A stretch of DNA of 64,000 bases, from positions 334,790 through 398,789 of the forward strand of contig CP064998.1 of assembly GCA_016700035.1 (NCBI GenBank), given 5' to 3'. The first letter of the stretch is position 1. Every line of letters starts with the position of its first letter. The notes under the pieces are model-generated. The model did not search any database, was not told the origin of the DNA, and worked only from the letters and a program-made list of their open reading frames with translations. Position numbers and translations under genes: made by a program. Below are positions 45,832-56,329 of the stretch, piece by piece. The stretch comes from a bacterium (GTDB lineage Bacteria > Patescibacteriota > Saccharimonadia > CAILAD01 > GCA-016700035).

Positions 45832-47805
45832 ATGTATGATAAATCCAATATAAGCACAAGGATTATCATGTCAAATACTAAAACTAGCTCAAAGAATAAA
45901 AAGAGAAATATTGTGAAGACAAAAGCCAATATAGCCAAAACGACAGCACTATCATCAAGGGTTTCTGGGTTATTAAGGAGCCCCTGGGGGTTGGCTGTGG
46001 TGGTGGCTGTAGCCGTAGTTGGAATATGGGTAGTACTTTCATCTCAAGCTGCTCCAACAGTATTAACACCTGCATCTGGGCGAACTAGCACCTGTGGAGC
46101 TACGGTTGCCAACTATTCATATAAAGTTCCGTTCGGTAATGCACCGTGGAATATACCTGCGTGTAAATTGCCGGTCTTTAGTCAGTCTGCCGATTATGTG
46201 TCGCGTCTTTTTAATCATGCGATTCCAAATTCTGGCACTGAGTTACAAATGTCACGTCGTGGCTATTTTACATTTGGGTTTGGCTTTGGGGATGCAAAGT
46301 CATCTTTCTCTAAGGCTGTATACACGAAAGACGAAGCAGGTGGTAAGACTATTAAGGTGCGAGTCTGTGGTTCATCACACTGTAATCCTTCAAATCTAGA
46401 TGGTGAATTGAGTAGCTCAGATCCAAAGGGGTATTTACCAGATCGAGAGATACCTTGGGGCTCAAGTTGGTCTATATCTGAGGGTGGTGATAATGAGATA
46501 GTGATATTGGATCCGGCGACAGGCGAATTAATTACGCTAAGTCAAGTTAAGAAATCAACTGGTAACGCCCTTGGCGATATAGCCAGTGGTGCAACTGGTC
46601 AGTGTGGTATTATCCATCCGGAGCGTCTATGCGTTGCTAGTGCTAGAATATTACGAGATCATACCGGTAAAGTAGCAAACTACTTTACGTATGAGGGTAG
46701 TCAGGGGGCAAGAGGGGCCGGTATACCCAATTATGCTACAATGCTAACCCCACAGGAGGTTGCCGCCGGAGAAATAAGGCATGCTCTAGGTATTGGTATT
46801 TTTAATACGGCCATTGGTCCTGCATGTTCTGCATCGCAGCTAGCTAGCAACGATTGGAATATTATTGGAAAACAGTGTGGTACGGCTTTTGCTCCAGCTT
46901 CAAAATATGAATGGTTAAGTGCGCTTAAAGTGTCGGATCGATCTGGCGGGGATGCATATACCGCCTATGATACATCAACGCCACTTTCGCAGACGATTCC
47001 CGAAGGGATGCGCTTTGTATTAAGGATTACTGACGGGGAAATTGATAGTTTTATAAAATCTAAAAACTATACTGGAGCAAAAGCTAATACAGCTAAAATT
47101 ATAATTCGAGCTCTACGGGATTATGGCTTTATGCCGGTAGATACTGGAGGATCGGCAAGCTTTCAGGTGTCTGGTGTTTTGAATCCTACAAATAAAGAAC
47201 TTTGGAGCCAGCTGGGTATCACTCAAGACTCCGATAAAAAATTGTTGCAAGGCTTGTTTACCGAACATAATATGGTGGCTCTTGATCCACCAATAAGTAA
47301 TTGTATTGATGGCACTAAGAGTAAGTTTTATTGCAAGTATGATTCAAGTCGATATGTTATTGAAGGCTCAATTACACCCGAACCATCAACCACCAGTACC
47401 CCGACACCAACTACTAGTACAGTACCACCAACAGTTACCCCTACTCAATCACCGGGTACCAACCCTACACCTACACCAACTCCAACTGCAGACAAGATAC
47501 CGCCAACCGAACCTATAAAAATTAAGCGCTCGCTAGTACTCGATCCCTTGCGTGTAGCCTATAATCTCCAGTTAAAGTGGCAGGCAAGTACCGATGTTGA
47601 GTCAGGGATAAAAGATTATTTGGTGACGCGACAGGATGGTAAAAGTTGGACCACTATTTCGCCGATATTTACAGATAACACAGTTGTAGCTAATCAGGTT
47701 TATAAATATGAAATTAAGGCTCGCGATAAGGCAAATAATATTTCTGTCGCATCCTCTGCATCGGCAAAAGCTCAATGTTTATTAATCTGGTGTTGGTTGG
47801 AATAG
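45832..47805 (+). CDS. Large secreted protein with Thr/Pro-rich linker and C-terminal FN3-like domain
   Basis: 657 aa; N-terminal TM/signal (GLAVVVAVAVVGIWVVLSSQA), PTPTPT linker, C-terminal beta-sandwich-like sequence. Confidence 0.6.
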   Translation: MYDKSNISTRIIMSNTKTSSKNKKRNIVKTKANIAKTTALSSRVSGLLRSPWGLAVVVAVAVVGIWVVLSSQAAPTVLTPASGRTSTCGATVANYSYKVPFGNAPWNIPACKLPVFSQSADYVSRLFNHAIPNSGTELQMSRRGYFTFGFGFGDAKSSFSKAVYTKDEAGGKTIKVRVCGSSHCNPSNLDGELSSSDPKGYLPDREIPWGSSWSISEGGDNEIVILDPATGELITLSQVKKSTGNALGDIASGATGQCGIIHPERLCVASARILRDHTGKVANYFTYEGSQGARGAGIPNYATMLTPQEVAAGEIRHALGIGIFNTAIGPACSASQLASNDWNIIGKQCGTAFAPASKYEWLSALKVSDRSGGDAYTAYDTSTPLSQTIPEGMRFVLRITDGEIDSFIKSKNYTGAKANTAKIIIRALRDYGFMPVDTGGSASFQVSGVLNPTNKELWSQLGITQDSDKKLLQGLFTEHNMVALDPPISNCIDGTKSKFYCKYDSSRYVIEGSITPEPSTTSTPTPTTSTVPPTVTPTQSPGTNPTPTPTPTADKIPPTEPIKIKRSLVLDPLRVAYNLQLKWQASTDVESGIKDYLVTRQDGKSWTTISPIFTDNTVVANQVYKYEIKARDKANNISVASSASAKAQCLLIWCWLE

Positions 47806-47990
47806 TAGGAGATTAAAGATTAATATTTAATCAGTCGCGCGGGTTTATAATTCAAACTTGATTTATAAAATAATATTAATTATTAATGTTCTTACGTGTG
47901 TGGTGGGAAAGAGATGCTAAATTAAGCAGAGTAGAGCTCATTGAGTAAAAGCATAATTCGTTATATAATATATTTCGTTTAGAAGCATAA

Positions 47991-48065
<75 letters not shown>

Positions 48066-48108
48066 AATAGAACGCAATAACATTTCTAGCTCCTTTTCTT
48101 CATTATTT

Positions 48109-48131
48109 CCCCTGTTGTCAGGGGCTTTTTT
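48109..48131 (+). terminator. Rho-independent terminator downstream of tRNA-Gln
   Basis: CCCCTG-ttgt-CAGGGG-CTTTTTTG. Confidence 0.55.
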
Positions 48132-48145
48132 GTTAGTTCGATTAC

Positions 48146-49639
48146 TCATTTCGTACCTCCCATTATATTTCGCGTTAATGTTACATTTTGAGCGATTGCT
48201 CGGCTAAAATTCGTGTAGCTAACAGATACGGATCCTCCTGTGTATTCTAGTTTTCGGAAAAGTTTGGTTATTATCGTACGTTTCTGCTCTGGAGTCTTCT
48301 TGGCGTATATTTCGGAGGCCTTCTGCGAGAGTTCAAGCAGTACGAGCTTCTTGTCGAGTATGGCCGATAGCGTTTTGTCTACTTTACTAAGACGCTCCTC
48401 AAGCTCAAGCCTACTATTGTTGAACTCTTGATGCTTCTGGCTGTATCTCTCTTCGTTGATCTCTCCGGCAAGCTTGTCGTCATATAGGTTGCTATCCATG
48501 CGCTTAATACGTTCAAGCTGCGTTTCGATGGATGCGATAAGCTTAGAGTTGTCTTCTATCGTGCTGTGGTGCTTGTTCCTCATTGCATCAGCGACCCATT
48601 CGATGACTTCTGGAGATGGGCTCACGAGGTTTTGAAGCATGCGAGCTATCTCTTCCTCGATAGCATCTTCGCGTAGGAATTTGGAATCCTTGCACTGCTG
48701 ACTCTTGCGTTGGCAGGCACCATAATAACGACCTTTTTGTAGCTGCCAAGTTACAAGGCCATTACAACCCTTGCATGTGATCAGATTCTTAAATACAGGA
48801 TTGTGTTTACGGTACCTCGTTGGTATCTTTCGACGCATCTTTGTTTGAACTTGATCAAAGACCTTTTTTGAGATGAACGTTTCTTGCACGCCGGGATAGT
48901 CTTTGCCGTTATGTCGATTGATCCCGATGTAGAACGGATTAGTAAGTATGCGCTGTACCTGGCTTTTATAGTACGGGTGACCCTTACGGGTTCTGATACC
49001 CATACGCGCCATTTCCTGCGCAACCGATGCGATAGACTGACTCGGCTCTAAGTAAAGTTCAAACGCTTTACGTATAAGCCCTGCTGTATCGGGATTTGGT
49101 ATGTGAACACGTTTACCATTCTCGGTGACCGTCATATATCCAGGAGGAGGCACGCCGGGAAGCCAGCCTTGTGCTAGTTTCTCTGCCCAGCCTTTCATGG
49201 CTTCTTCTCGCAAGTTATCGATGTAGTTTTTGGCCATAACGACACGGATGCCCCAGTTAAGCCACTCTTGAGATCTGGAGTTCTTGTGCATGATAAGAGA
49301 GTCTTTTACGAAGTGGACTCGCTTTGCTTCATCCGCCATCAACCAATCATTGGTTTCTACCGCGTCATGTAAGTTGCGGACGTGCCGATCAACCTTTTCG
49401 ACAACTAAGTGTTTCACGCCGTTGTCTTCAATAAATTTCATCGCCTCTCTAAATATGCGGCGCTGCTCGTTCTTCGAAGCAGACTCGGCAATCTCGTAGC
49501 TCTTAAGAGGCTTAAGACCTTTGTCTATGGCGTAGCTATTAAGTAAGCGCTTTTGTGCCGGGAGTGAGTAGCCCTCATCCTCTTGGCGCTTACTGGACAC
49601 GCGGGCGATGATTACGGCTTTATTCGCATCGCTCATCAT
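48146..49639 (-). CDS. Large serine recombinase (integrase) of integrative element
   Basis: 497 aa; resolvase catalytic domain (VIIARVSSKRQ, catalytic Ser), recombinase domain, zinc ribbon (CKGCNG...CQ), long coiled-coil. Confidence 0.9.
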   Translation of the reverse strand: MMSDANKAVIIARVSSKRQEDEGYSLPAQKRLLNSYAIDKGLKPLKSYEIAESASKNEQRRIFREAMKFIEDNGVKHLVVEKVDRHVRNLHDAVETNDWLMADEAKRVHFVKDSLIMHKNSRSQEWLNWGIRVVMAKNYIDNLREEAMKGWAEKLAQGWLPGVPPPGYMTVTENGKRVHIPNPDTAGLIRKAFELYLEPSQSIASVAQEMARMGIRTRKGHPYYKSQVQRILTNPFYIGINRHNGKDYPGVQETFISKKVFDQVQTKMRRKIPTRYRKHNPVFKNLITCKGCNGLVTWQLQKGRYYGACQRKSQQCKDSKFLREDAIEEEIARMLQNLVSPSPEVIEWVADAMRNKHHSTIEDNSKLIASIETQLERIKRMDSNLYDDKLAGEINEERYSQKHQEFNNSRLELEERLSKVDKTLSAILDKKLVLLELSQKASEIYAKKTPEQKRTIITKLFRKLEYTGGSVSVSYTNFSRAIAQNVTLTRNIMGGTK

Positions 49640-49805
49640 CTGTCTCGCTTTGTTGCCCTAGTAGCTCATAAAACGTTAGTAGAGACTCGCCGATCTCACT
49701 AGCTTCGGCCTCATCAATATCCCTTGACTGCTCACGTTCAAGGATAAGGCGTAGTGCCTCGATTGTTTCTTTAGGAATTGTTCCGACTGTACCCTCTACA
49801 GACAT
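49620..49805 (-). CDS. Small acidic protein upstream of/overlapping integrase start (possible directionality/regulatory factor)
   Basis: 61-aa ORF, very acidic; 17-20-nt overlap with integrase start; speculative. Confidence 0.3.
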   Translation of the reverse strand: MSVEGTVGTIPKETIEALRLILEREQSRDIDEAEASEIGESLLTFYELLGQQSETDDERCE

Positions 49806-50002
49806 AATTGTTATCCTTACGCTCTTATTATACTATCCGAGCACGGATAGTTGCAAGGGTTTTACGTACAATTTTATCCACAATAAAAGGCGTTGTGCAT
49901 AATGCCTTTTTAATAAGCAATCAACAGATACAGAACATACATATTTACTCATCCTCTTATATATAGTATATATAAGTGAGAGAAAGAAAGTGCAGGTAGT
50001 TC

Positions 50003-50743
50003 ATGGCAAAGCAGCAAGTCTCAGAAAACCTGAGTAGTAAACAACTACATACCTTAAAGATCATATTCAAATTCCGCGTTGTAACCTCTTCATTGTTAGC
50101 TACATATCGTGGAGTAAATAAAGACAGTCTTAACCGAATGCTTCAAAACCTAGTAGATCGAAAGTACATTAAAAAGCAGAATAACGATTCATTCCGTATT
50201 GACCGTAAAGGTGCCCGATACAGTCTCGCTTCAAAAGGTATTATTTACCTTACCAAGAATACCGACTTATCCAAGAAGGCACTGCACGCAATGTATAACC
50301 AGAAATCCGAATCGTTTATTAATCATTGCCTGGCTACATTCCAGCTTGCTAACTACATCAAGCAAGCCTATCCCGAAGAATTCTATATCTACAGTTCAAC
50401 TGAAATCGCTGGCGACGGTGACTTCCCGTTGCCTCGCCCGCATCTCTACTTACGAAGGCAGGAGCCGATCGATACTAAGCCCGATGAGTTCTTTGTTGAA
50501 GTTAATCATGACAGCCAGCCATTCTTGGTTCGAAAGCGGTTCAACAAACTGCTAGAACACTATGATGATGAAGGCTGGCCGGATGGCAATTATCCAGCAC
50601 TACTATTTATTCTAGCCAATGATCGACAGGCAAAAACATTTCTTGAATACACCGAGTCGGTATTCGAGTCCACGGGTATAGACGATATAAAGGTATTAGC
50701 GGTAAGTTTGGAGAGCTTACTTGCTGGTGCTTCTGTGCTTTGA
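50003..50743 (+). CDS. Replication-relaxation family (Replic_Relax-like) winged-helix protein
   Basis: 246 aa; N-terminal wHTH pattern (LSSKQLHTLKIIFKFRVVTSSLLATY) and overall size/charge pattern of Replic_Relax proteins of conjugative elements. Confidence 0.55.
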   Translation: MAKQQVSENLSSKQLHTLKIIFKFRVVTSSLLATYRGVNKDSLNRMLQNLVDRKYIKKQNNDSFRIDRKGARYSLASKGIIYLTKNTDLSKKALHAMYNQKSESFINHCLATFQLANYIKQAYPEEFYIYSSTEIAGDGDFPLPRPHLYLRRQEPIDTKPDEFFVEVNHDSQPFLVRKRFNKLLEHYDDEGWPDGNYPALLFILANDRQAKTFLEYTESVFESTGIDDIKVLAVSLESLLAGASVL

Positions 50744-50774
50744 GCAGTTTATCGTCATGCTCAGGACAGCGAAC

Positions 50775-51089
50775 CTAATAGTCCTCGGCTAGCATTATCG
50801 TGAGTACACGACGGCATGCCTTATCCAGTGGATCGCACCAGAACTTCAGATCCTGATCGTAGTAATCTATCTTCCAGAAGATCTTCTTACCCTCGAAGAA
50901 TAGTGATCCAAAGTCATGTTCTCCATGCGGATCATTACTCTCATTGAAGTTATTGAAACTCTCAACCGCCTGCGATAATCCAATGAGATCCATAATGCCA
51001 TCACGTACCCCCGCTGTGTAAAACACATCTAGGCACATCCCGCGGAACCTATCATTTAATTTTGCTATGTCTTGAACTTGAGTTTCCAT
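50775..51089 (-). CDS. Hypothetical protein in mobile-element region
   Basis: 104-aa ORF, no motif. Confidence 0.4.
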   Translation of the reverse strand: METQVQDIAKLNDRFRGMCLDVFYTAGVRDGIMDLIGLSQAVESFNNFNESNDPHGEHDFGSLFFEGKKIFWKIDYYDQDLKFWCDPLDKACRRVLTIMLAEDY

Positions 51090-51453
51090 GAAACCCTCCT
51101 TTGTTAATTCTTGAGAGGACTTTCTGCCTCTCTGCCAAAGGAGATTCGGGCGTAGGCCAAGAGTGTCAAGGTGGAGACTTTGTACTACCTTGATACTCTT
51201 GGTTCACCCGTACAATTAAGAGACAGAGGAAGGAAGTCTATATACAGACGACTTTTTTATCTTTTTTCGAAAAACACCGATATATTTAAGAATTTTTTAA
51301 TATTTGGTTGCTACACTGGAAATATGAGTAACAATAATCAAGATCCAACACTGGCCGAGGTGCTGCATCAACTTGCTGATACATGGCAAGATTTTGCAAA
51401 CCTGTGCGATGAGCAGGCCAATCAGATCATACGAGAACTTAAAGAAACTTCGT

Positions 51454-54045
51454 CTAACTAGGCTTCTTGTCCCTGTCTCGTACCCTATGGTTTTTAACAC
51501 GTTGTTTTTTGGTATCTGCAGTTTTAGATGCAGGAACAGCGCTGGTCTTTTTAGTTTCAGTTTTTGCAACAACCTTCTTAGCGTACTTCTTTCGTGAAGA
51601 GCGGATAACCTCTTTAAACACGATTTCATCCGCCGCTTCCTCTACTACCACTGTCTCACCAGACAGTGGTTCCTGGGCGCTTATAGCGGCGATACGCATA
51701 TAGAAGTTATAGGCTGGTAAGTTAGCAATCTCTCCCTGTTCAATGTACGGATAGAACAGTGGCAATACATACCGTTCGTCAGCCGGACTACCAGAACGGA
51801 AACAAATAACTGTACCCACGTTAGCAAGAATAATGTCTACTAATCTTTGTTGATCCTGCTGGCTAGTAGATTGCTCTGCCATGATAAGGAACAACTTATA
51901 CTTACGAGCTTCACTGAGCATCTGTACAAAGCTCATCGTGGCGAAGTTTTGGAACTCATCGACATATAGGTAGAATGGTCGACGATCGGTTTGCTTGAGC
52001 CGTGAACGTCTCAGCGAAGCGACTTGAAGTTTGGCAAGGATTGTAGTGCCAAATAGTGCTGAAGTATCTTCGCCTAAATTGCCCTTTGAGAAATTACATA
52101 TGAGGATCTTGCCGGAATCGAGGATGTCACCAAAATCAATCGTGGACTTATCCTGTTCTAGTATTCGTTTGGCGGATGCCGAAAACAGGAAACGACCGAT
52201 CTTGGCGGTAATACCTGCTACCATCTTAACTTTCTGAAACTCACCAGCTTTACCAAGCTCGTTCTTCCAAAAGTTTGCCAGGTCGACGTCATCTAGTTTT
52301 TTTACTATCTCTCGACGATACTTGTTATCGTTGAGAAGTCGGAAGATGGTGAACAAATTAGGATTCTCCATCGTGAGTGCAGTCTGGATGGTATTACGCA
52401 GTACGTACTCAATACGGTGACCACCCGAATCATCTTCCGAGAATATCTTACGTAGGACTGAGATAGTTGATTCAGTGATAAGATCTTTTTCGCGCAGGAG
52501 ATCGTCCCCTTCAAGTCCTGGCGTTAGCTCAAGCAAGTTCACACCAATCGGGTACGCGAGATCATCAGGGTTCATGTAGATAACATCATCCATCCTCTCT
52601 TTTGGAATATGATGTAAGATCGTTTCTGCTAAGTCCCCGTGCGGATCAATCACTGCAATGCCTTGGCCGTTGTTTATATCTTGCAAGATACTGTAAAGCA
52701 GCAGAGTTGTTTTACCATTACCTGTACCACCGACAATATACATGTGGCGTTGCCGTTCAGCATCGGTAAGTCCGATTGGCGTAGTTATTCCATGATGGTG
52801 ATTCTCACCAATGTAGAGCGATAGTTTTTTGTTTGTTTTGAGTGAAACAGGAGCTGGGAGGGTGCGACTAAGTGAAGTAATAAGATTATCAGTCTTACTA
52901 ATGTGGCTGGCTGGAAAATGGAACAGGCTCGACACCTCGCTAGCAGACAGGACTAAGGACTGTTTTCTGGTTAGATTTGGTAGCCGCAGGGCTGCAAGTC
53001 GCGTACGGTAGGTTTGAATGAGTGGCAATCGTGCCTTAACGCGTAACGCCTGGTACTGTGGGACAGAATAGCCATCAAGCGCCGATCGGAGGGTGGTAAG
53101 TTGCTCTTTGGAGTGAGGACTGTTAGCAATTAGTCGCAAGTCAACCTGAAATAAGGGCTGAGAAACTTTCTGATGCATAGACTCCATGAGCTCAAGCTCA
53201 AACGCACTAAGAGTTCTGGCAGGACGTTGTCGTTTTTGAACTTGCGCCTGGAGGGTGGCGTCTTTTGCAGACTTATTCTGGTAATAACTAGAGGTTGAGC
53301 CATTGTATACTTCACCAATCGTTTCGGTTGCACCTAGCACTGCACCTGAAAACAATTCACTAACTTTAGCGAGTGGAGATAGCTTGCCGTAAGATACACG
53401 CCTTAAAATATCTTCGTTGCCCAAGATTCTACGAGAAAGTCTGCTCGCTTCAACAAGCTTTATTGGCTGGACAATAAGTTGCATGGAAAGACGTTCATTA
53501 TCTTCGAGTTTAGTCATGGCGGCAGTAATGTATGACAAAGGATCATGTTGCTCAAACGCTTTGCTTAGTGCAAGTGGCAAGACAAAGTGGCGTTCCAGCG
53601 TAAACTCATTAATAAGATCTGGATTGTCTGCGGCATGCTCTACTATCTTTGTCTTTGCTTCTGGAATATATGCAGCAATTACTTTTTGTAGTGAGTTTGC
53701 ACTGCGCGCCTCAACTTGCACCAGGAACCGGATACCTTCTTGTTTGGTTGAAACAATCTCAAAAGATAGTGCAGGTGTTCTGCGAAGTAATTTTTCTTTG
53801 AGCGTTCTCGCGCTTCTAAACCCATGTATGACCGAGAATAACTGCGTAGTTGATTCAGGCGTTTTAGATATAGACGCCGGCGGCGTTAGTTCTAGCCATA
53901 CCATGGTGCGACGATGCAAGTAAAGACGATTGATTATCATTGTAATGAGTTGGACGAGACAATACGCAAGCGCTATCACAGCGAGCAGTAAAGCTACTTG
54001 AACTGCATAGTAAGCTACGGTAGCGAGATAGGTAGTGGGCTCCAC
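51454..54045 (-). CDS. Type IV secretion coupling protein (VirD4/TraG/TraD/TcpA-like ATPase)
   Basis: 863 aa; N-terminal TM helices, Walker A GGTGNGKTT, Walker B-like LYVDEFQNF, C-terminal basic tail. Confidence 0.8.
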   Translation of the reverse strand: MEPTTYLATVAYYAVQVALLLAVIALAYCLVQLITMIINRLYLHRRTMVWLELTPPASISKTPESTTQLFSVIHGFRSARTLKEKLLRRTPALSFEIVSTKQEGIRFLVQVEARSANSLQKVIAAYIPEAKTKIVEHAADNPDLINEFTLERHFVLPLALSKAFEQHDPLSYITAAMTKLEDNERLSMQLIVQPIKLVEASRLSRRILGNEDILRRVSYGKLSPLAKVSELFSGAVLGATETIGEVYNGSTSSYYQNKSAKDATLQAQVQKRQRPARTLSAFELELMESMHQKVSQPLFQVDLRLIANSPHSKEQLTTLRSALDGYSVPQYQALRVKARLPLIQTYRTRLAALRLPNLTRKQSLVLSASEVSSLFHFPASHISKTDNLITSLSRTLPAPVSLKTNKKLSLYIGENHHHGITTPIGLTDAERQRHMYIVGGTGNGKTTLLLYSILQDINNGQGIAVIDPHGDLAETILHHIPKERMDDVIYMNPDDLAYPIGVNLLELTPGLEGDDLLREKDLITESTISVLRKIFSEDDSGGHRIEYVLRNTIQTALTMENPNLFTIFRLLNDNKYRREIVKKLDDVDLANFWKNELGKAGEFQKVKMVAGITAKIGRFLFSASAKRILEQDKSTIDFGDILDSGKILICNFSKGNLGEDTSALFGTTILAKLQVASLRRSRLKQTDRRPFYLYVDEFQNFATMSFVQMLSEARKYKLFLIMAEQSTSQQDQQRLVDIILANVGTVICFRSGSPADERYVLPLFYPYIEQGEIANLPAYNFYMRIAAISAQEPLSGETVVVEEAADEIVFKEVIRSSRKKYAKKVVAKTETKKTSAVPASKTADTKKQRVKNHRVRDRDKKPS

Positions 54046-54599
54046 GAAGCTGCTCCTTTCTTGCCGTGAATGAAGGTATACGACGAGGCTGCGTCTGCCG
54101 AGAATGTTCGTCTGCTTAGAATATTAAGCCCTAGAAAATTCATCTCAGAGATTGCCCATTCGCCAGACTGATTATTTACGCTAGCCACGTACGCGACATG
54201 CCCCCATTCACCGTTATCAGTTTGAAATACTGCACCGACTTCAGGCGTATGATTTACAATGTAACCATCACGAATCGCTCGGTCGTCCCAAGTGTTGGCA
54301 TTACCCCAACTGGTTGGTATCGGGTAGCCTGCCCATAGTCGCATAGCAAATGCCCAGTATGTACAGTTGCCCCAAGCATAGGTATCACCCTCAACTGGCC
54401 CACCAGTATAGAACCCTTGTGACTCAGCTGCTGCAAGGCTTGGTACGCCCGACAAAAACGATACAACGCTTTCGCCCATGGAAAAGACGGCCGCAAATGG
54501 CAGGGCAACAATAATGGCCATTGTAGCGAGCACTAACGCTGCTTGTTTCTTGAGATTCCCGCCCGTCACCACATTCAGTGCGAGCAGGCCTCCATTCAT
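54015..54599 (-). CDS. CHAP-domain peptidoglycan hydrolase (T4SS-associated cell-wall lytic enzyme)
   Basis: N-terminal TM; WGNCTYWAF catalytic Cys and GHVAYV His motifs of CHAP domain. Confidence 0.75.
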   Translation of the reverse strand: MNGGLLALNVVTGGNLKKQAALVLATMAIIVALPFAAVFSMGESVVSFLSGVPSLAAAESQGFYTGGPVEGDTYAWGNCTYWAFAMRLWAGYPIPTSWGNANTWDDRAIRDGYIVNHTPEVGAVFQTDNGEWGHVAYVASVNNQSGEWAISEMNFLGLNILSRRTFSADAASSYTFIHGKKGAASWSPLPISLP

Positions 54600-56329
54600 G
54601 CGTACAACTCCGTTGGATCAGTAGTTATGAGCGGATGTTCTTTATCTGAAGCCACAACCTTAACTGCAACGTGATTCTGATCAGCAATGATCAGCGCGTC
54701 ACCACGTTCACAAGTAAGTAGGAACTGTTGTTCATACTCAGATAAACTAAACTCGCTGACTACGGTTTTAATCGTCGTTGTGTCTTGGCGCATGAGGATA
54801 CGCAGAGCTGACTGCGATGCGATTGCGCGACCATAGTCACTTTTTAGGAAATCGTCGGCTTGCTGGGAGATGAACGAAACACCGAGGTAATACTTTCTGG
54901 CCCGACGAACTAAGCCGGCAATAAAGCGTGCACTTTGTTCGTGTTGAAGAAGAAGCCAGCCCTCATCAATTACTAGCATTCGTTTTTCAGGCTTTGCTTT
55001 CACCTGATTCTGAATGAAGTTCGAAATGATCAGCATCATGATTGGCCGCAGATTGGCGGGCATATCTTTGATGTCGAAAATTACTAAACGGTTATCTAGT
55101 TGAATATTAGTGTGAGAATTGAAAATCTCAGAACTTGAGCCACTAATGTATTTTTCTAGTCGCTCGCAAAGCTGAAGTTGTCCCAGGCTGTGAAGCTCTG
55201 CATAAAGATCTTCAAGTAGCGGCTGTTCTTTCTTGGCTTTCTTATAGACCTTCAAGATCGCTTTATCTACTGCGGCTTTTTCGCGCTTATCTAGTCCTTC
55301 AGCCATAAGGTCTATAACGGCCGTTAGGTCTTGGACGTGCTCTGCAAGATCACCTTTAGTATGAAAGGTGGTAGCAAGATCGAAGGGATTAATCTTCTCT
55401 TTGCTTTTGGCTGAGAGTTTAATATAGGTGCCACCAACTGTTTCGCTCAGTCGTTTGTACTCACGTTCTGGGTCGATGACGAGTACCTTGGTGCCTTGCA
55501 TGAGCTGGCGTAATATTTCTACTTTTGTCGTATAGCTTTTACCTGAACCACTTTGCGCGAAGACAATTGAGTTAGCGTTGTGGAGACTAAAGCGATCTAG
55601 TATTACTAAGGAGTTGTTGGACTTGTTTACGCCGTACAAAATACCAGACTCTTGTACCAGCTCTGAGCTCATGAATGGGAACGTAAGCGCGGCTGAACTA
55701 CTGTCCAGGTTCCGCTTCTGTGCTAATTGGTCTTCTCCTCTCGGCAAGATAGATTGCAATGCTTCAAGTTGCTGGTAACGGGCAACTTTGGAGTAAAATA
55801 GTCGTGCTGACATTGTGGCTTCAAGCAGCTTGGTTGTTTTATTAAGTCCCTCTAAACTATCCGCTCGAATAGCAATATAGATGGACATCTGAAACAGCTT
55901 CTCTTGGCCACGTTGAATCTTGTCTCGCAGCTCAATGGCAGATTCAAGCGGATCAGTCACCTCGGAGCCGACGATCTTGCCAGCTTTCATCATCGCCCGG
56001 CGAGTAGACTCTAGCTCGGTAATTTTACGATGTAGTTTGGGTAGAGCGTGCAGGGCATTAACTTCGTGAAGATGGTAGCTAATATCTGTGTCATGATTGA
56101 AGTTGATTAGACTATCGAGCCAACCAGAACTTGCTACAAACGGATACCCAGAAATATACAGTGTACGAATATATACACCGTCAATAAGAAGGTGGTCTGT
56201 GTCCTCCTCAAGTCCGGCATAGCTCAGTACATCAACGGCATCCTGTTCTCCAAACGTCAGGCTTAGTTCTTTTTGTTTTTCCTCTCGAAGCTTCTTACGA
56301 TGCTGTATTTTTTCTAGTACTGCGTTCAT
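54596..56329 (-). CDS. VirB4-like conjugative transfer ATPase
   Basis: 577 aa; Walker A AQSGSGKSYT, Walker B MLVIDEGW; shorter than typical VirB4 (N-domain may be the separate upstream ORF). Confidence 0.8.
   Translation of the reverse strand: MNAVLEKIQHRKKLREEKQKELSLTFGEQDAVDVLSYAGLEEDTDHLLIDGVYIRTLYISGYPFVASSGWLDSLINFNHDTDISYHLHEVNALHALPKLHRKITELESTRRAMMKAGKIVGSEVTDPLESAIELRDKIQRGQEKLFQMSIYIAIRADSLEGLNKTTKLLEATMSARLFYSKVARYQQLEALQSILPRGEDQLAQKRNLDSSSAALTFPFMSSELVQESGILYGVNKSNNSLVILDRFSLHNANSIVFAQSGSGKSYTTKVEILRQLMQGTKVLVIDPEREYKRLSETVGGTYIKLSAKSKEKINPFDLATTFHTKGDLAEHVQDLTAVIDLMAEGLDKREKAAVDKAILKVYKKAKKEQPLLEDLYAELHSLGQLQLCERLEKYISGSSSEIFNSHTNIQLDNRLVIFDIKDMPANLRPIMMLIISNFIQNQVKAKPEKRMLVIDEGWLLLQHEQSARFIAGLVRRARKYYLGVSFISQQADDFLKSDYGRAIASQSALRILMRQDTTTIKTVVSEFSLSEYEQQFLLTCERGDALIIADQNHVAVKVVASDKEHPLITTDPTELYA

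Noticed and set aside
51171-51629. Two mutually overlapping ORFs (51171..51461 + and 51297..51629 -) between the hypothetical gene and the coupling-protein gene
   Set aside because: Neither has a convincing RBS or motif and the minus one overlaps the 3' end of the coupling-protein gene. A short real gene (e.g. from Met MSNNNQ) cannot be excluded, but evidence is insufficient to call.
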